Of a stretch of DNA of 64,000 nucleotides, positions 1 to 11,091 are shown piece after piece; position 1 is the stretch's first letter, and each line of letters opens with the position of its first letter. Below the pieces are notes generated by a model, which was given only the letters and a program-made list of their open reading frames with translations, was not told the DNA's origin and made no database searches. This stretch comes from Acidobacteriota bacterium (GTDB taxonomy: Bacteria; Acidobacteriota; Thermoanaerobaculia; UBA5066; Gp7-AA6). A program made the translations under genes and the position numbers. The DNA lies in contig JBKPBH010000027.1 in the NCBI GenBank assembly GCA_046726795.1, positions 4,215 through 68,214 of the forward strand. Direction: 5' to 3'.

Positions 1-298
1 AGCGGGCACCGTGACGGACAAGATGGCGCCGGTGCTGCGCAAGATCTATGACCAGATGCCCGAGCCCAAGTGGGTCATCTCCATGGGGGTCTGCGCCTCT
101 TCGGGAGGGTTCTACCGCGCCTACCACGTCACCCAGGGGATCGACGAGATCATCCCGGTGGACGTCTACGTGCCCGGCTGTCCTCCCACGCCCGAGGAGC
201 TGATGTACGGGATCTTCGAACTGCAACGCAAGATCCGGTCGGGCGAGATGTCGCGGGACAGCCGGTCGGCGAAGCGGGCGGCGGAAAGACCCGCTTGA
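1..298 (+). CDS. nuoB: NADH-quinone oxidoreductase subunit B, C-terminal fragment (5' end outside window)
   Basis: ORF 11..298 has the NuoB C-terminal motifs ([22 protein letters not shown]); the frame is open to the window edge. Confidence 0.9.
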   Translation, partial: AGTVTDKMAPVLRKIYDQMPEPKWVISMGVCASSGGFYRAYHVTQGIDEIIPVDVYVPGCPPTPEELMYGIFELQRKIRSGEMSRDSRSAKRAAERPA

Positions 299-2025
299 GT
301 GCCGTCGCGTCTCCTTCCCTTTCCGCTCCGGCGGAGCGGATCCGCGAGCGCCTTTCCTCCTCGCCCTTGTCTGAGAGGGTCCAGGTCCGGGACCTGGACC
401 TGCCCACTCTCGAGGTCTCTCCGGCCGACTGGCCCGCGCTGGCCCGGTGGCTGCGGGACGATCCCGAATGCCGCTATGACCTCTTCCTCGACCTCGCCGG
501 CGTGGACAACCTGCGGAGGCCGGGACAGAAGGCCCGCTTCGAAGCGGTCGTCCATCTCCACTCACTGCCACGCAACGAGCACGTTCGTGTCAAGGTCCTC
601 CTGCCCGACGGCGCACCTCCTTCGCTTCCGACGGTTCGCGAGGTCTGGCCCGCCTCCGATTGGTTCGAGCGAGAGGCCTACGACCTCTTCGGGTTCGACT
701 TCCCGGGGCACCCCAACCTGCGCCGCATCCTGTGCCACGACGCCTTCGTCGGGCACGCGCTGCGCAAGGACTATGCGCCCGGACAGCGCTGGTTCGCGGC
801 GGAAGAGGACCTGAAGATGCCCCCCTGGGCGCTCGAGACGGGCGCCCACGCCGGGCACTTCGAGACGCAGACCCTGTCGATCGGTCCGTCGCATCCGGCC
901 ACCCACGGGATCATTCACCTGATCGCCCGGCTGGACGGAGAGCGCATCACCCGCGCCGAGACGCAGATCGGCTATCTCCACCGCTGCTTCGAGAAGATGT
1001 CCGAGACGCACACCTGGAACGGCGTCATTCCGTACGCCGACCGGTTGAACTACGTCTCGGCCATGAACAACGGCGTGGGCTACGTCCGGACCGTCGAGAA
1101 AATGCTCGGGATCGAGATCCCGGACCGCGGCGTGCTCGTGCGCACGATTCTCTCGGAGTTCTCGCGCATCATGGACCACTGCGTCAACATCGGAGCGAAC
1201 CTGGTGGACATCGGAGCGCTGACGAACTTCTGGTACCTCTACCAGCCGCGCGAGACGATCTACGACTTGCTCGAGGCCTGCTGCGGCGCCCGGCTGACCG
1301 TGTCCTACGTGCGCGTCGGAGGGCTCGCGATCGACGTCCCCGAGGACTTCGTGCCTCGCTGCCGGAGCCTCCTCGAGTCCATCCCGAAGTTCTTAGACGA
1401 CGTGGACCGCCTCGTCACGAACAACCGGATCGTGCGAGGCCGCCTCCAGGGCACCGGCGTCGTCTCTCGAGAGGACGCGGTCGCCTGGGGATTGACGGGT
1501 CCGATGCTACGCGCCTCCGGAGTCCCGTACGATGTCCGCCGCTCCCGTCCCTACGACTTCTACGACCGGTTCGACTGGGACATCCCGGTCTCCTCTGACG
1601 GCGACAGTTTCTCGCGCTATCTCGTCCGCATGGAGGAGATGCGCCAGTCGCTCTCGATCATCCGGCAGGCCCTGGAGATCTTCCCCGAGAAGGGCCCCGT
1701 CAACTCCAGCGACTGGCACGTCGTCCTGCCGCCCAAAGACGCCGTCTACCACGACATGGAATCGCTCATCTACCACTTCAAGCTGGTCATGGAGGGGATC
1801 AAGGTCCCCCGGGGCGAACGCTACGAATGGGTCGAGGGGGCCAACGGGGAGCTCGGCTTCTACGCCATCTCGGAGGGGTCGGGCGGCCCCTACCGGCTGA
1901 AGGTGCGCCCTCCGTGCTTTCCCATGATGGCGGCATTCGAGAAGATCGTGGTCGGCGGCACGATCTCCGATGCCATCGCGACGCTCGGGACCCTGAACAT
2001 CATCGCGGGAGAGCTCGACCGGTGA
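295..2025 (+). CDS. nuoCD: NADH-quinone oxidoreductase fused subunit C/D
   Basis: N-terminal half is NuoC-like ([24 protein letters not shown]), C-terminal half is NuoD-like ([11 protein letters not shown]...[33 protein letters not shown]). Start taken at TTG 295 overlapping the nuoB stop; no in-frame ATG before residue ~170. Confidence 0.88.
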   Translation: MSAVASPSLSAPAERIRERLSSSPLSERVQVRDLDLPTLEVSPADWPALARWLRDDPECRYDLFLDLAGVDNLRRPGQKARFEAVVHLHSLPRNEHVRVKVLLPDGAPPSLPTVREVWPASDWFEREAYDLFGFDFPGHPNLRRILCHDAFVGHALRKDYAPGQRWFAAEEDLKMPPWALETGAHAGHFETQTLSIGPSHPATHGIIHLIARLDGERITRAETQIGYLHRCFEKMSETHTWNGVIPYADRLNYVSAMNNGVGYVRTVEKMLGIEIPDRGVLVRTILSEFSRIMDHCVNIGANLVDIGALTNFWYLYQPRETIYDLLEACCGARLTVSYVRVGGLAIDVPEDFVPRCRSLLESIPKFLDDVDRLVTNNRIVRGRLQGTGVVSREDAVAWGLTGPMLRASGVPYDVRRSRPYDFYDRFDWDIPVSSDGDSFSRYLVRMEEMRQSLSIIRQALEIFPEKGPVNSSDWHVVLPPKDAVYHDMESLIYHFKLVMEGIKVPRGERYEWVEGANGELGFYAISEGSGGPYRLKVRPPCFPMMAAFEKIVVGGTISDAIATLGTLNIIAGELDR

Positions 2026-2030
2026 GCGGT

Positions 2031-2681
2031 GTGGTGGACGTGAGAGCGCGGGTCGGGAAGCTGACGCTCGCGCAGCGCCTCTACCTGCCGCAGGTCCTGG
2101 CGGGCATGCGGGTCACGATCCGCCACTTCCTGCGCAACCTCTTCGCGATCCGCCGGCTCCCGACGATCCTCTATCCCGAACAGAGGCGCGACTACTCCGA
2201 CCGCTTCCGCGGCAAGCACATCCTGAAGACACGCGAGGACGGGACCCTGAAGTGCGTGGCCTGCTACATGTGCGCGCAGGTCTGCCCGGCCGAGTGCATC
2301 ACGATCGTGGCCGGGGAGCACCCGAGGATCGCCTACGAGAAGTATCCGGTCGTCTTCGATATCGACATGCTGCGCTGCGTCTTCTGCGGCTTCTGCGTGG
2401 ACGCCTGTCCCAAGGACGCCATCTGGATGTCCCGCAACTACGAGATGGCGTTCTTCAACCGCCAGGAGGCGATCTTCGGAATCGACAAGCTGATCGAGAA
2501 GCCGGGGATCCCGGTCAAGGACGGCTACGGCTACCGCCCCTACTATCCGGGCGACGGCACCGTGCCTCCCGCCGACGCGTCCACGACCTCGGTGACGCCG
2601 GGGGACGGCGAGCGCGAGGAGCTGCGCGGCCGCCTGCCCGTCTTTCGTCCGTCGGCGCCCGGGCTCGCGGCCAAGGGGTAA
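2031..2681 (+). CDS. nuoI: NADH-quinone oxidoreductase subunit I (2x[4Fe-4S] ferredoxin)
   Basis: Two CxxCxxCxxxCP motifs (CVACYMCAQVCP, CVFCGFCVDACP). Start is ambiguous among GTG 2022/2031/2034/2040, with GTG 2022 overlapping the nuoCD stop. Confidence 0.88.
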   Translation: MVDVRARVGKLTLAQRLYLPQVLAGMRVTIRHFLRNLFAIRRLPTILYPEQRRDYSDRFRGKHILKTREDGTLKCVACYMCAQVCPAECITIVAGEHPRIAYEKYPVVFDIDMLRCVFCGFCVDACPKDAIWMSRNYEMAFFNRQEAIFGIDKLIEKPGIPVKDGYGYRPYYPGDGTVPPADASTTSVTPGDGEREELRGRLPVFRPSAPGLAAKG

Positions 2682-2682
2682 A

Positions 2683-2780
2683 CCCCCTTTGTCATTCTGA
2701 GCGAAGCGAAGAATCTGCCCTCGTCCAGCGGCCACGGAGCAGATCCTTCGTCGCTCCGACTCCTCGGGATGACAAGGGGA
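2683..2780. terminator. Long imperfect palindrome between convergent nuoI and the Mo-oxidoreductase gene; putative bidirectional terminator
   Basis: ccccctttgtcattctgagcgaagcgaagaatct ... agatccttcgtcgctccgactcctcgggatgacaagggga; outer arms ccctttgtcat/atgacaaggg are reverse complements; no U-tract. Confidence 0.5.
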
Positions 2781-2806
2781 GGACGCTCCTCAGGATGATA
2801 GGGGGC

Positions 2807-5023
2807 TCAGGGCATCTTCTCCACCCGCACCAAGGCGTTGTAGTCGGGTTCACCGGATTGCTCGTCCAGCGCCGTGCCCGACAGCAGGCCCATTCCCTCG
2901 GGCCAGTGGACGGCGAGGTTGCCGGGCTTGATGGGCGAGATCCTGATGCGGCCCTGGAAGATCCCCGAATCCGACGACAGCCGCACGGGGTCCCCGTCGG
3001 CGAGCGAGAGCCGGATGGCGTCGTCGGCGCTCATCAGGACATCGTGGCGGGAGGCGCCGGTCAGGGGATCGGTCTCGCGGTGGACCATCGAGTTGAACTG
3101 CTTGCCGCGACGGGTCGAGAGACGAAAGAGGCCGTTCGAGAACGCGCGACGGGGGAGAGCCACGGCCGAGAAGCGCGCCTTGCCCCCCGGCAGGGGGAAG
3201 CGGCCGTCCGCGTAGAGACGCTCGCCGCCCCACTGGACCTGATCCCCCTGTTTCGAGAGAGTCTCGATCCCCGCGTAGAGAGGAACGGCGCGGACGATCT
3301 CCTCGCGGATCGCCTGCGTCGAAGCGAAGCGGATCCGGCCGGAGTCTTGGGGGCGTGCCCGCGCCGCGACCTCGCAGAGGACTTCCCACTCCGGCCGCGC
3401 GCCCGGAATGCGCCGGCCGGGGATCTCCGGCGAGTAGATGATGCGCCGCTCGGTCGAGGTCTCCGTGACGCCGCCCGGCGTCTCGTAGCGGGTCGCGGCC
3501 GGAAGGAGAAGAACCGTGTCGGAGGGCTCGACGAGCATGGCGCTCGACACCACGATGTCCTGGTGGACCCGAAGCCCCGGCCTCTCCAGCGCGGCGCGGC
3601 TGCGCGCCGCGTTCGGCAGGGTCTCTAAGAAATTGCCCCCGACGATCCAGAAGACGTCGAGGCGTCCCGCGGCGCTCGCCTCGACCTGCGCGACCGCCGG
3701 CAGTCCGGCCGAGCGCGGGGGCTCGAATCCCCAGACTCGCGCCCAGCGGTCGAGCGTCTTCCCGTCCACGTTCGGAACGCAGCCGACCTCGGCGCCCCCC
3801 TGGACGCCCGAGTGGCCCCGGATCGGAGTCAGGCCGGAGAAGGGCCGTCCCGGCAGACCTCGAGCGAGCGCGACGTTGACGAGCGCGCGGACCGTATCCA
3901 CGCCGTGCGCGTGCTGTGTCAGCCCCATCGCCCAGACGAATTGGGTCCGAGGATGTGCCAGCAGGAGGCGGGCGAAGCTCCGCATCGCCTCTTCCGTCGC
4001 GCCGCTCTCGCGAGCGAGATCCTCCCAGGACTGAGCCCGGACCGCCTCGGCCGCGCCTTCGAAGGCCTCCGTGTGGCCGCGCACGAAGTCCGCGTCCACG
4101 CCGCCTGGCTCTTTGAGCAGTGCCTTGAGGACGCCGTTGAAGAACGCGAGGTCTCCGCCGGTGTCCACGTCGAACCAGTGATCGGCCAGCCGCGTCCCGA
4201 AGAGCGCGCTCTCGAAGACCGACGGGACCCAGTAGCGCTCGAGCCCCGGCTCGCGGTAAGGGTTGACGACCGCGATCCGCGCCCCGTTCTTCTTCGCCAG
4301 GTGAAGGTACTTGGTCGTGACGGGCTGGTTGTTGGGGACGTTCGAACCCAGGAAGACGAGAAGATCGGCGCCGAGCCAGTCCCGGTAGCTCCCCGTCATC
4401 GCGCCGTGGCCGAGGGCCTGCTTCATCGCGGCCGTAGAAGCGGCGTGGCACAGCCGCGCGGAGTTGTCCACGTTGGCCGTCCCGAGGAATCGCGCAACCT
4501 TCTGGGCGGCGTAGTAGGTCTCGTTGGGGATCCCGCGCGAAGTCAGATAGAAGGCCACGCGTCCGGGATCGGCGGCGCGAAGTCTCGCAGCGGCGAGGTC
4601 CAGCGCCTCGCCCCAGCCGATCCGACGGAACCCCATTTCGCCCCGGCGCCGGATCATGGGCACGGGCAACCGTCCCATGTCCCGGAGCTCTTGCGAGGAG
4701 AGTCCCCGGAGACGCCCGGCGTCCTCGAGCCTCTCGGGATCGAGTGGGGGCATCGTGTTCAGCCGCATCAGCTCCAGCCGCACCATGCACAGGTGAGTGC
4801 CGTCGATCGTCCAATCCGAGAGGCCGGAGGTGCCGAGCGCGCAGCCGTCGCAGACACCCCGTTTCAGGATCCGCCAGGCGAAGGGGATCTGGTCCCGGTT
4901 CTCCCACACGATGCGCGCCATCTCGCGGAAATGCCGGGGGCCGGTCTCTTTGAGGCCGAAGGGGGATAAGGAGAACCAATGTGATCGGCGCAGGGGCATC
5001 CGGGGAGATTCTAGCGACTGCAA
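2807..5023 (-). CDS. Molybdopterin oxidoreductase, formate dehydrogenase-like (YdeP/FdhF-like alpha subunit)
   Basis: 738 aa; N-terminal Cys cluster ([29 protein letters not shown]), MGD-type domains, C-terminal beta-barrel typical of the Fdh-like YdeP family. Confidence 0.8.
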   Translation of the reverse strand: MQSLESPRMPLRRSHWFSLSPFGLKETGPRHFREMARIVWENRDQIPFAWRILKRGVCDGCALGTSGLSDWTIDGTHLCMVRLELMRLNTMPPLDPERLEDAGRLRGLSSQELRDMGRLPVPMIRRRGEMGFRRIGWGEALDLAAARLRAADPGRVAFYLTSRGIPNETYYAAQKVARFLGTANVDNSARLCHAASTAAMKQALGHGAMTGSYRDWLGADLLVFLGSNVPNNQPVTTKYLHLAKKNGARIAVVNPYREPGLERYWVPSVFESALFGTRLADHWFDVDTGGDLAFFNGVLKALLKEPGGVDADFVRGHTEAFEGAAEAVRAQSWEDLARESGATEEAMRSFARLLLAHPRTQFVWAMGLTQHAHGVDTVRALVNVALARGLPGRPFSGLTPIRGHSGVQGGAEVGCVPNVDGKTLDRWARVWGFEPPRSAGLPAVAQVEASAAGRLDVFWIVGGNFLETLPNAARSRAALERPGLRVHQDIVVSSAMLVEPSDTVLLLPAATRYETPGGVTETSTERRIIYSPEIPGRRIPGARPEWEVLCEVAARARPQDSGRIRFASTQAIREEIVRAVPLYAGIETLSKQGDQVQWGGERLYADGRFPLPGGKARFSAVALPRRAFSNGLFRLSTRRGKQFNSMVHRETDPLTGASRHDVLMSADDAIRLSLADGDPVRLSSDSGIFQGRIRISPIKPGNLAVHWPEGMGLLSGTALDEQSGEPDYNALVRVEKMP

Positions 5024-5045
5024 GTCGAAACGCCGGCCGGGCCTT

Positions 5046-6089
5046 CTACCGCAGTTCCTCCATCATCTTCTCGAGGGCTTCGCGGCCGGGGCGGACGCGC
5101 TCCAGGGGAAGCGTCGCCAGGGGCTCCGCGGGCAGGTCGAGGAGAGCGAGGAAGTCCTTCTTTTGCGGCTCGACGTAGATCAGGCCCGTCAGGAACTCGC
5201 CCTTCTCCTGCGCCTCGTGGAGCAGATTGAAGGCGGCTCTCTTGTCGGTCGCGTCGTAGTCCTCGCGCAGCTTCTTCAAGCGGATGTGCGACCCGTCGTG
5301 CAACGTGACGTCCTGGGTCGTGCCCGGGTCGTAGTCCACGGTGATCTCGTCGAAGTAGGGGACGAAGCCGATTTCCTGGATCGGGATCTCGTGGTCCTTG
5401 GCCCACTTGTAGGACTTGGTCGAGTCCTCGTGGTTGTTGAAGGTGACGCACGGGGAGATGACGTCGAGGAGCGCGGTTCCGCGGTGCGAGATCGCGCCCT
5501 TCAACAGCGCCAGGAGCTGTTTCATGTCCCCCGAGAAGGAGCGCGCCACGTAGGCGCAGCCGAGCTCGATCGCCATCGCGCAGAGGTCGATCGCGGGCAG
5601 GTCGTTGACGACGCCGGTCTTCAGCTTCGATCCCAGGTCCGCGGTGGCCGAGAACTGCCCCTTCGTCAGGCCGTAGACCCCGTTGTTCTCGACGATGTAG
5701 ATCATCGGCACGTTCCGGCGCAGCAGGTGCATGAACTGCCCGGCCCCGATCGAGGCGGTGTCGCCGTCGCCCGAGACCCCGATCGACAGGAGCGTCGTGT
5801 TGGCCAGCATCGCCCCCGTCGCGACCGCCGGCATGCGGCCGTGAACGGCATTGAAGCCGTGGCCGCGGTCGGCGAAGTAGGCCGTCGTCTTCGAGGAGCA
5901 ACCGATGCCCGACATCTTGGCCGCTTTGTAGGGGGATACGCCCATTTCGTAGAAGGCCTGCGTGATCTGCCGGGTGATGACATCGTGCCCGCACCCGACG
6001 CAGAGCGTGGACTTCAACCCGCCGTACTCCTTGGTGGTCAGGCCGATGCGGTTGGTGGGAGGGGACTTGGGTTGGGCGACGGAGGACAT
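5046..6089 (-). CDS. korB: 2-oxoacid:ferredoxin oxidoreductase beta subunit (TPP-binding)
   Basis: Starts [11 protein letters not shown] (trimmed from the 806 aa ORF); TPP motif GDGD...[11 protein letters not shown]; its ATG overlaps the korA stop. Confidence 0.85.
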   Translation of the reverse strand: MSSVAQPKSPPTNRIGLTTKEYGGLKSTLCVGCGHDVITRQITQAFYEMGVSPYKAAKMSGIGCSSKTTAYFADRGHGFNAVHGRMPAVATGAMLANTTLLSIGVSGDGDTASIGAGQFMHLLRRNVPMIYIVENNGVYGLTKGQFSATADLGSKLKTGVVNDLPAIDLCAMAIELGCAYVARSFSGDMKQLLALLKGAISHRGTALLDVISPCVTFNNHEDSTKSYKWAKDHEIPIQEIGFVPYFDEITVDYDPGTTQDVTLHDGSHIRLKKLREDYDATDKRAAFNLLHEAQEKGEFLTGLIYVEPQKKDFLALLDLPAEPLATLPLERVRPGREALEKMMEELR

Positions 6090-7939
6090 CACTTTTTCTC
6101 CCCGGCTTCGATCCCTTCGACCACCGTCTCGGCATCGATGGGAAAGCCGTCGTAATGGCGGAGCGAACGCAGCTTGGCCGAGTCCCCGGGGGGAAGCTCG
6201 AGCCGCAGGAGATCGAACATCTGGCCGTCGCGGTTCTGGTCCACGACGTAGATTCGGTCGTGGGACGCGACGAAGTCCGCGACCTCGTCTCCGATGGGAA
6301 GGGCCCGCAGGCGCAGGTAGTCCGTGCGGGTTCCCTTGCGCGAGAGGATCTCGCGGGCTTCCTGGATGGCGAAGTCGGAGGAGCCGTAGGCGATCAGGCC
6401 GATCCCCGACCCCGAGCCGTTGGAGAGGATGGGCCTGGGCACGAAACGGCGCGCCGTTTCGAACTTGCGGGCGAGCCGGTCCATGTTCGCCTTGTAGTCG
6501 TCGGGCTTCTCGGTGTACGTCGCCCGCTCGGAGTGGCCGGAGCCGCGGCAGAAATAGGCGGCCGCCGGGTTGTCGATCAAGCCGGGCAACGTACGGTACG
6601 GGATGCCGTCTCCCTCCACGTCCCTGTAGCGCGCGAACTCCTGGAACTTCCGGATGTGCTCCTTCAACTCCTCTTCGGTCCGGATCAGCTTTCCGCGGTC
6701 GACCGGCTTCTCGGGGTAGGCGAAGGGTTCTGCCATCCAGTTGTTCATCCCGAGGTCGAGATCCGTCATGATGAACACCGGCGTCTGGAAACGTTCGGCG
6801 AGGTCGAAAGCCTCCATGGCGAGTGCGTAGCACTCCTCGACCGAGCCGGGAATCACGAGGATGTGCTTGGCATCGCCGTGGGAGAGGAAGTAGGTCGAGA
6901 GGATGTCCCCCTGCATCGTCCGGGTCGGGAGCCCCGTCGAAGGGCCCACACGCTGCACATCCACGATGACGGCGGGGACCTCCGCGTAGTACCCGAGGCC
7001 TACGAACTCGGACATGAGCGAGATGCCGGGGCCGGACGTCGTCGTCATGGCCCGCGCGCCCGCCCAGCCGGCGCCCATGACCATGCCCGCCGCGGCCAGC
7101 TCGTCTTCGGCCTGCACGATCGCGTAGGTGGGCTTGCCCGTGACCGGGTCCTTCCGGAACCGCCGGCTGTACTCGATGAACGCCTCCGCGAGCGATGAGG
7201 ACGGCGTGATGGGGTACCAGGCGAGGACGTTGACGCCCGCCAGCACGCAGCCGATCGCGGTCGCGGCATTGCCGTCGATGATGATCTTGCCGGCCGTCTT
7301 GTTCATGCGCTCGAGCCGGTAGGGGTCCGTCCTGGTCAGATTCTCCTTCGCCCAGCCGAACCCGCCCTGGATGGCGTTCCAGTTGATTTCGACCGCCTTC
7401 TCCTTGCCCTTGAATTGCTTGACCACCGCCTTGCGGATCTCCTCCATGTCGATGTCGAGGAGCCATGCGGCCACGCCGACGTAGATCATGTTGATCGCGA
7501 GGCGCCGCAGCTTTCCGTCGTGCACGAGCTCCAGGACGAGCTTGGAGAAGGGGACGGGGTAGAGGTGCAGGTCGTCCCGCACTGACGTCAAGTTCAGGCT
7601 CTCCTCGTAGATGACCGCGGCGCCGGGGTGGACGGTCCGGACGTCCTCGTGGACCGTTTCGGGGTTCATGCAGATCAGGACGCCGACGTCGCGCCGGCGC
7701 GCGATGAAGCCCTCCTTGGAGGCCCGGATCGTGAACCAGGTCGGAAGTCCCTGGATGTTGGAAGGAAACAGGTTCTTGCCCGAGACGGGAATCCCCATCT
7801 GGAAGATCGACCGCATGAGGATGTTGTTCGAGGACATGCTCCCCGAGCCGTTCGCGGTGGCGACATGGATCGAGAAGTCGTTGACGACACTGGCGCCGCC
7901 CGCCTGTTCGAGGGTTTTTTCTTCAAGGACCGTGCTCAC
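6089..7939 (-). CDS. korA: 2-oxoacid:ferredoxin oxidoreductase alpha subunit
   Basis: KorA-like N-terminus (VNDFSIHVATANGSGSMSSNNIL). Start set at GTG ~7939, preceded by SD aaggag 7 nt upstream; the 40 codons upstream of it look non-coding. Confidence 0.82.
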   Translation of the reverse strand: MSTVLEEKTLEQAGGASVVNDFSIHVATANGSGSMSSNNILMRSIFQMGIPVSGKNLFPSNIQGLPTWFTIRASKEGFIARRRDVGVLICMNPETVHEDVRTVHPGAAVIYEESLNLTSVRDDLHLYPVPFSKLVLELVHDGKLRRLAINMIYVGVAAWLLDIDMEEIRKAVVKQFKGKEKAVEINWNAIQGGFGWAKENLTRTDPYRLERMNKTAGKIIIDGNAATAIGCVLAGVNVLAWYPITPSSSLAEAFIEYSRRFRKDPVTGKPTYAIVQAEDELAAAGMVMGAGWAGARAMTTTSGPGISLMSEFVGLGYYAEVPAVIVDVQRVGPSTGLPTRTMQGDILSTYFLSHGDAKHILVIPGSVEECYALAMEAFDLAERFQTPVFIMTDLDLGMNNWMAEPFAYPEKPVDRGKLIRTEEELKEHIRKFQEFARYRDVEGDGIPYRTLPGLIDNPAAAYFCRGSGHSERATYTEKPDDYKANMDRLARKFETARRFVPRPILSNGSGSGIGLIAYGSSDFAIQEAREILSRKGTRTDYLRLRALPIGDEVADFVASHDRIYVVDQNRDGQMFDLLRLELPPGDSAKLRSLRHYDGFPIDAETVVEGIEAGEKK

Positions 7940-8050
7940 CCATGAACTCCTTTTCCGTGCTCGTTTGGGGACCGCAGGAACCGGGAATGATACCAAACGA
8001 AGCCTTTTCAGGCGAAAACCGCGCTTAGAATCCAACCGGAGGTTCCGCGA

Positions 8051-10144
8051 ATGCATTTCCTCTTTCGCGCCGCGGGCGGCGCCCTTCTGCTCTTCCTGGT
8101 TCGGGACGCCTCGTGGGCCGCGTCGGGACGCCCCTTTCGGTTCGACGAGCTCGCGAGCGTCCGGCGCGTGGGGAGCTTCTCCCTCTCGCCCGACGGGCAG
8201 TGGGTCGCCTACTCAGTGGCAACGCCCGACGTGGAGGAGAACCGCATACGAACGGGGATCTGGATCCAGCCCGTGGCGGGGGGCGAAGCGCGAAAGCTGA
8301 CGTCCGGGGACAAGCGCGACTCGGACCCGAAGTTTTCTCCCGACGGAAAGAGGCTGGCGTTCCTCTCCAATCGCGACGGCGGCTCCCAGATCTACGTCCT
8401 CGACCTGGCGGGCGGGGAGCCCGTGAAGGCGAGCGCTTTTCCGATGGAAGTCCGCGGCTTCCGGTGGTCGCCCGATGGCGGGTTCTTCGTCTTCACCTCG
8501 GATGTCTTCCCCGACTGCGCCGACGCCGCCTGCAACGAGAAGAAGTCGAAGCAGCGGGAGAAGTCCAAGACGAAGGCCCGCGTGGCCGAGCGCCTCCTCT
8601 TCCGGCACTGGGACTCCTGGAAGGACGGCCTGCGGACGCACATCTGGAGGTCACCCGTCTCGGGGCCGGCCCCGGCGGCCGTGGACCTGACCCCCGGGGA
8701 TCGCGACGCTCCGCCCTTCTCCATCGGCGGCGGCGGCGACTACGACATCTCGCCGGACGGCCAGGATCTCGTCTACGCGTCGAACCCGGACAGGGTCGAG
8801 GCCCTCTCGACCAACGGCGACATCTGGATGGTCCCGTTCGACGCGAAGGGAAAGGCGCGGGACCTGACCGCCGCCAACAAGGCCTACGACGGCACGCCGA
8901 AGTTCTCTCCCGACGGAAAATGGATCGCGTACCGCTCGCAGAAGCGCCCCGGATTCGAATCCGACCGGTTCGCGCTCATGCTTCTCGAGCGGGCGACTGG
9001 AAAGATCCGGTCCCTGACCGAAGACTTCGACGGAATGGTCGAGTCGTTCACCTGGGCGCCGGACTCCCGCTCGCTCTGGTTCACCTCCCACGTCGGCGCC
9101 CGCGGGACGATCTTCCGCGTCGGTCTCGAGGGAAAGCCCGCGGAGATCTGGCGCGGAGGCTCGGCCTCCGACCTGACGGCGTCTCGGGACGGGCGGAAGA
9201 TCTACTTCTCGTCGAGCTCGCTCTCCCGCGCTCCCGAGATCTGGAGCGCCGGCGCGGACGGGAAGGGCGCCGCCGCGGTCACCCACGTCAACGACGGGCT
9301 CTGGAGGGAATTCGAGATGGGAGAGGTCTCCGAGCGTGTGACCCGCTCGGCGGACGGGCGGGATCTACAGGCCTGGCTCGTGAAACCCCCGGGCTTCGAT
9401 CGCTCGAAGAGACACCCGGCGGTTTTCCTGATTCACGGCGGCCCGCAGGGCGCCTGGACGGATTCCTGGTCCACCCGCTGGAATCCCCAGGTCTGGGCGG
9501 CCTACGGCTACGTCGTCTACGCCGCCAACCTGCGCGGCTCGACCGGTTTCGGGCAGAAGTTCGTGGACGAGATCTCGGGTGACTGGGGAGGTAAGGTCTA
9601 CGAAGACCTGATGCGCGCCGCCGATGACCTCGAATCGCTCCCCTTCGTGGACAGGACCCGCGTCGGAGCTGCCGGCGCCTCATACGGGGGTTACATGATC
9701 GATTGGATCGCCGGCCACACGAGCCGGTTTGCGGCGCTCGTCTCCCACGATGGCGTCTTCGACACGGTCTCCTCGGGCCTCGAGACCGAGGAGCTCTGGT
9801 TCCCGGCCTGGGAGTTCAAGGGTTTCCCCTGGGACCCGGGCTCGGTCTATCAGAAATGGAACCCCATGCTCTCGGCCGACAAGTTCAAGACGCCGACCCT
9901 CGTCATCACGAGCGAGCGGGATTTCCGTGTTCCCTTCGGCCAGGGCCTCCAGTTCTTCACCGCTCTGCAGGTGCGCGGGGTGCCGTCTAAGCTCCTGACC
10001 TTCCCCGACGAAGGCCACTGGGTCTTGAAGCCCGGCAACTCCCGCCTCTGGCACGCCACGGTGATGGACTGGCTCCATCGCTATCTTGGCGGCGCCGCCC
10101 CCGACCCCGGGGCTCTGGACACCGCCTACAGCGTGACGAGGTAG
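8051..10144 (+). CDS. S9 family serine peptidase (prolyl oligopeptidase / acylaminoacyl-peptidase-like), secreted
   Basis: Signal peptide, beta-propeller region with repeated SPDG motifs, C-terminal alpha/beta-hydrolase with GASYGGYM nucleophile elbow and D/H. Confidence 0.85.
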   Translation: MHFLFRAAGGALLLFLVRDASWAASGRPFRFDELASVRRVGSFSLSPDGQWVAYSVATPDVEENRIRTGIWIQPVAGGEARKLTSGDKRDSDPKFSPDGKRLAFLSNRDGGSQIYVLDLAGGEPVKASAFPMEVRGFRWSPDGGFFVFTSDVFPDCADAACNEKKSKQREKSKTKARVAERLLFRHWDSWKDGLRTHIWRSPVSGPAPAAVDLTPGDRDAPPFSIGGGGDYDISPDGQDLVYASNPDRVEALSTNGDIWMVPFDAKGKARDLTAANKAYDGTPKFSPDGKWIAYRSQKRPGFESDRFALMLLERATGKIRSLTEDFDGMVESFTWAPDSRSLWFTSHVGARGTIFRVGLEGKPAEIWRGGSASDLTASRDGRKIYFSSSSLSRAPEIWSAGADGKGAAAVTHVNDGLWREFEMGEVSERVTRSADGRDLQAWLVKPPGFDRSKRHPAVFLIHGGPQGAWTDSWSTRWNPQVWAAYGYVVYAANLRGSTGFGQKFVDEISGDWGGKVYEDLMRAADDLESLPFVDRTRVGAAGASYGGYMIDWIAGHTSRFAALVSHDGVFDTVSSGLETEELWFPAWEFKGFPWDPGSVYQKWNPMLSADKFKTPTLVITSERDFRVPFGQGLQFFTALQVRGVPSKLLTFPDEGHWVLKPGNSRLWHATVMDWLHRYLGGAAPDPGALDTAYSVTR

Positions 10145-10161
10145 GTCCGGGGAGCGCGCCG

Positions 10162-11091
10162 TCAGAAGCCGATCTGCGCGGCCAGGCCGTGGCGGATCGG
10201 CACGATCTCCAGGGTCGCCTTCGACAGGACTCCCTTTTCCTGCTCGCCGTGGCGGTGAACGAGGAAGTGGCCGACGGCGGTGCCCAGAAACGCCCCCGCC
10301 ACGACGTCGCTCGCGAAGTGATCGCGCGTGTTGATGCGGTCGAACGCGACGACGGTGGCCAGGCCGTAGGCGATCACCGGGATCGGCCAGCTCTTCGAGC
10401 GGGCGGCGATGACGGAGGCGACGGCGAAGGCTTCGGTCGTATGGCCTGAGGGAAAGGAGTCGTGTTTCGAGCCGGGGACGAACACGCTCCGTCCGTCAGA
10501 CTCTGAAGGTCTCTCCCGGCCGAACAGCCGTTTCAAGACACCGGTGTTCAGCACGTAGGCGAGAATCCCGGCTTCGACCGCGTCGCGCCCTGTCTCGCGC
10601 ATGTTCTCGTGGTTGAGGAGCGTTCCCGCGATCCAGAGGCTTCCCGAGAGCTGGAAGCCGTATTGCGCGCCGAGAGGCGTGCTGGCGCTGGAGATACTGT
10701 TGGTGACGTGGGAGCGGTTCTTCTGGGCCGCGCGGTCGATGCTGCGGTCGGCGAACATGAGGCCTCCGACGATCACGACGCTGCCGGCCAGTTTCTCCCA
10801 ATCCTTCTTGTCCCAGGTGATCGGCGCCTTCACCAGGGCCACCGAGTCGGAGCCGTAGCGCCTGACCTCGCGCACGAGGGCGCCATAAAAGCGTGCCGCA
10901 AGCTTCGGCTTGGGCTGTGGCGCGGGCTCGGGCGGGGGTTCCTGGATCGTCGGGTCGATCGCGGGACACTCATCCGGAGGGGAGGTCGCCTCTTCCTGCG
11001 CCGCCAGGCCTGCGGCCAGAGACAGGGAGAAGGCCACGGCCAGGGCCGCCCCACGCCACTTCAGCCGCCGGGGGCCCTCCCTTCGACTCAC
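10162..11091 (-). CDS. PAP2 family phosphatase (phosphatidic acid phosphatase type 2-like), secreted/membrane
   Basis: PAP2 motifs KRLFGRERP, PSGHT, SRDHFASDVVAG. Start trimmed to GTG 11091 giving signal peptide VSRREGPRRLKWRGAALAVAFSLSLAAGLAAQ; the upstream 165 codons of the ORF look non-coding. Confidence 0.7.
   Translation of the reverse strand: MSRREGPRRLKWRGAALAVAFSLSLAAGLAAQEEATSPPDECPAIDPTIQEPPPEPAPQPKPKLAARFYGALVREVRRYGSDSVALVKAPITWDKKDWEKLAGSVVIVGGLMFADRSIDRAAQKNRSHVTNSISSASTPLGAQYGFQLSGSLWIAGTLLNHENMRETGRDAVEAGILAYVLNTGVLKRLFGRERPSESDGRSVFVPGSKHDSFPSGHTTEAFAVASVIAARSKSWPIPVIAYGLATVVAFDRINTRDHFASDVVAGAFLGTAVGHFLVHRHGEQEKGVLSKATLEIVPIRHGLAAQIGF

Noticed and set aside
2691-2716. The motif gtcattctgagcgaagcgaagaatc felt familiar as a widespread repeat
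   Set aside because: I cannot verify any database identity from memory; it is reported only as a local palindrome
2850-4979. 709 aa ORF on the minus strand in a second frame across the Mo-oxidoreductase gene (and similar long ORFs: 660..1598+, 3812..4969+, 8113..9582+, 11351..13270-, 14523..15923+, 18321..19712-, 24116..25942-, 39785..41686-, 43141..44967-, 44759..46855-, 50865..53807-, 51095..53734+, 57413..58609-)
   Set aside because: Arg/Pro/Gly/Ala-rich low-complexity translations with no motifs, overlapping well-supported genes; expected stop-codon depletion in 68% GC DNA
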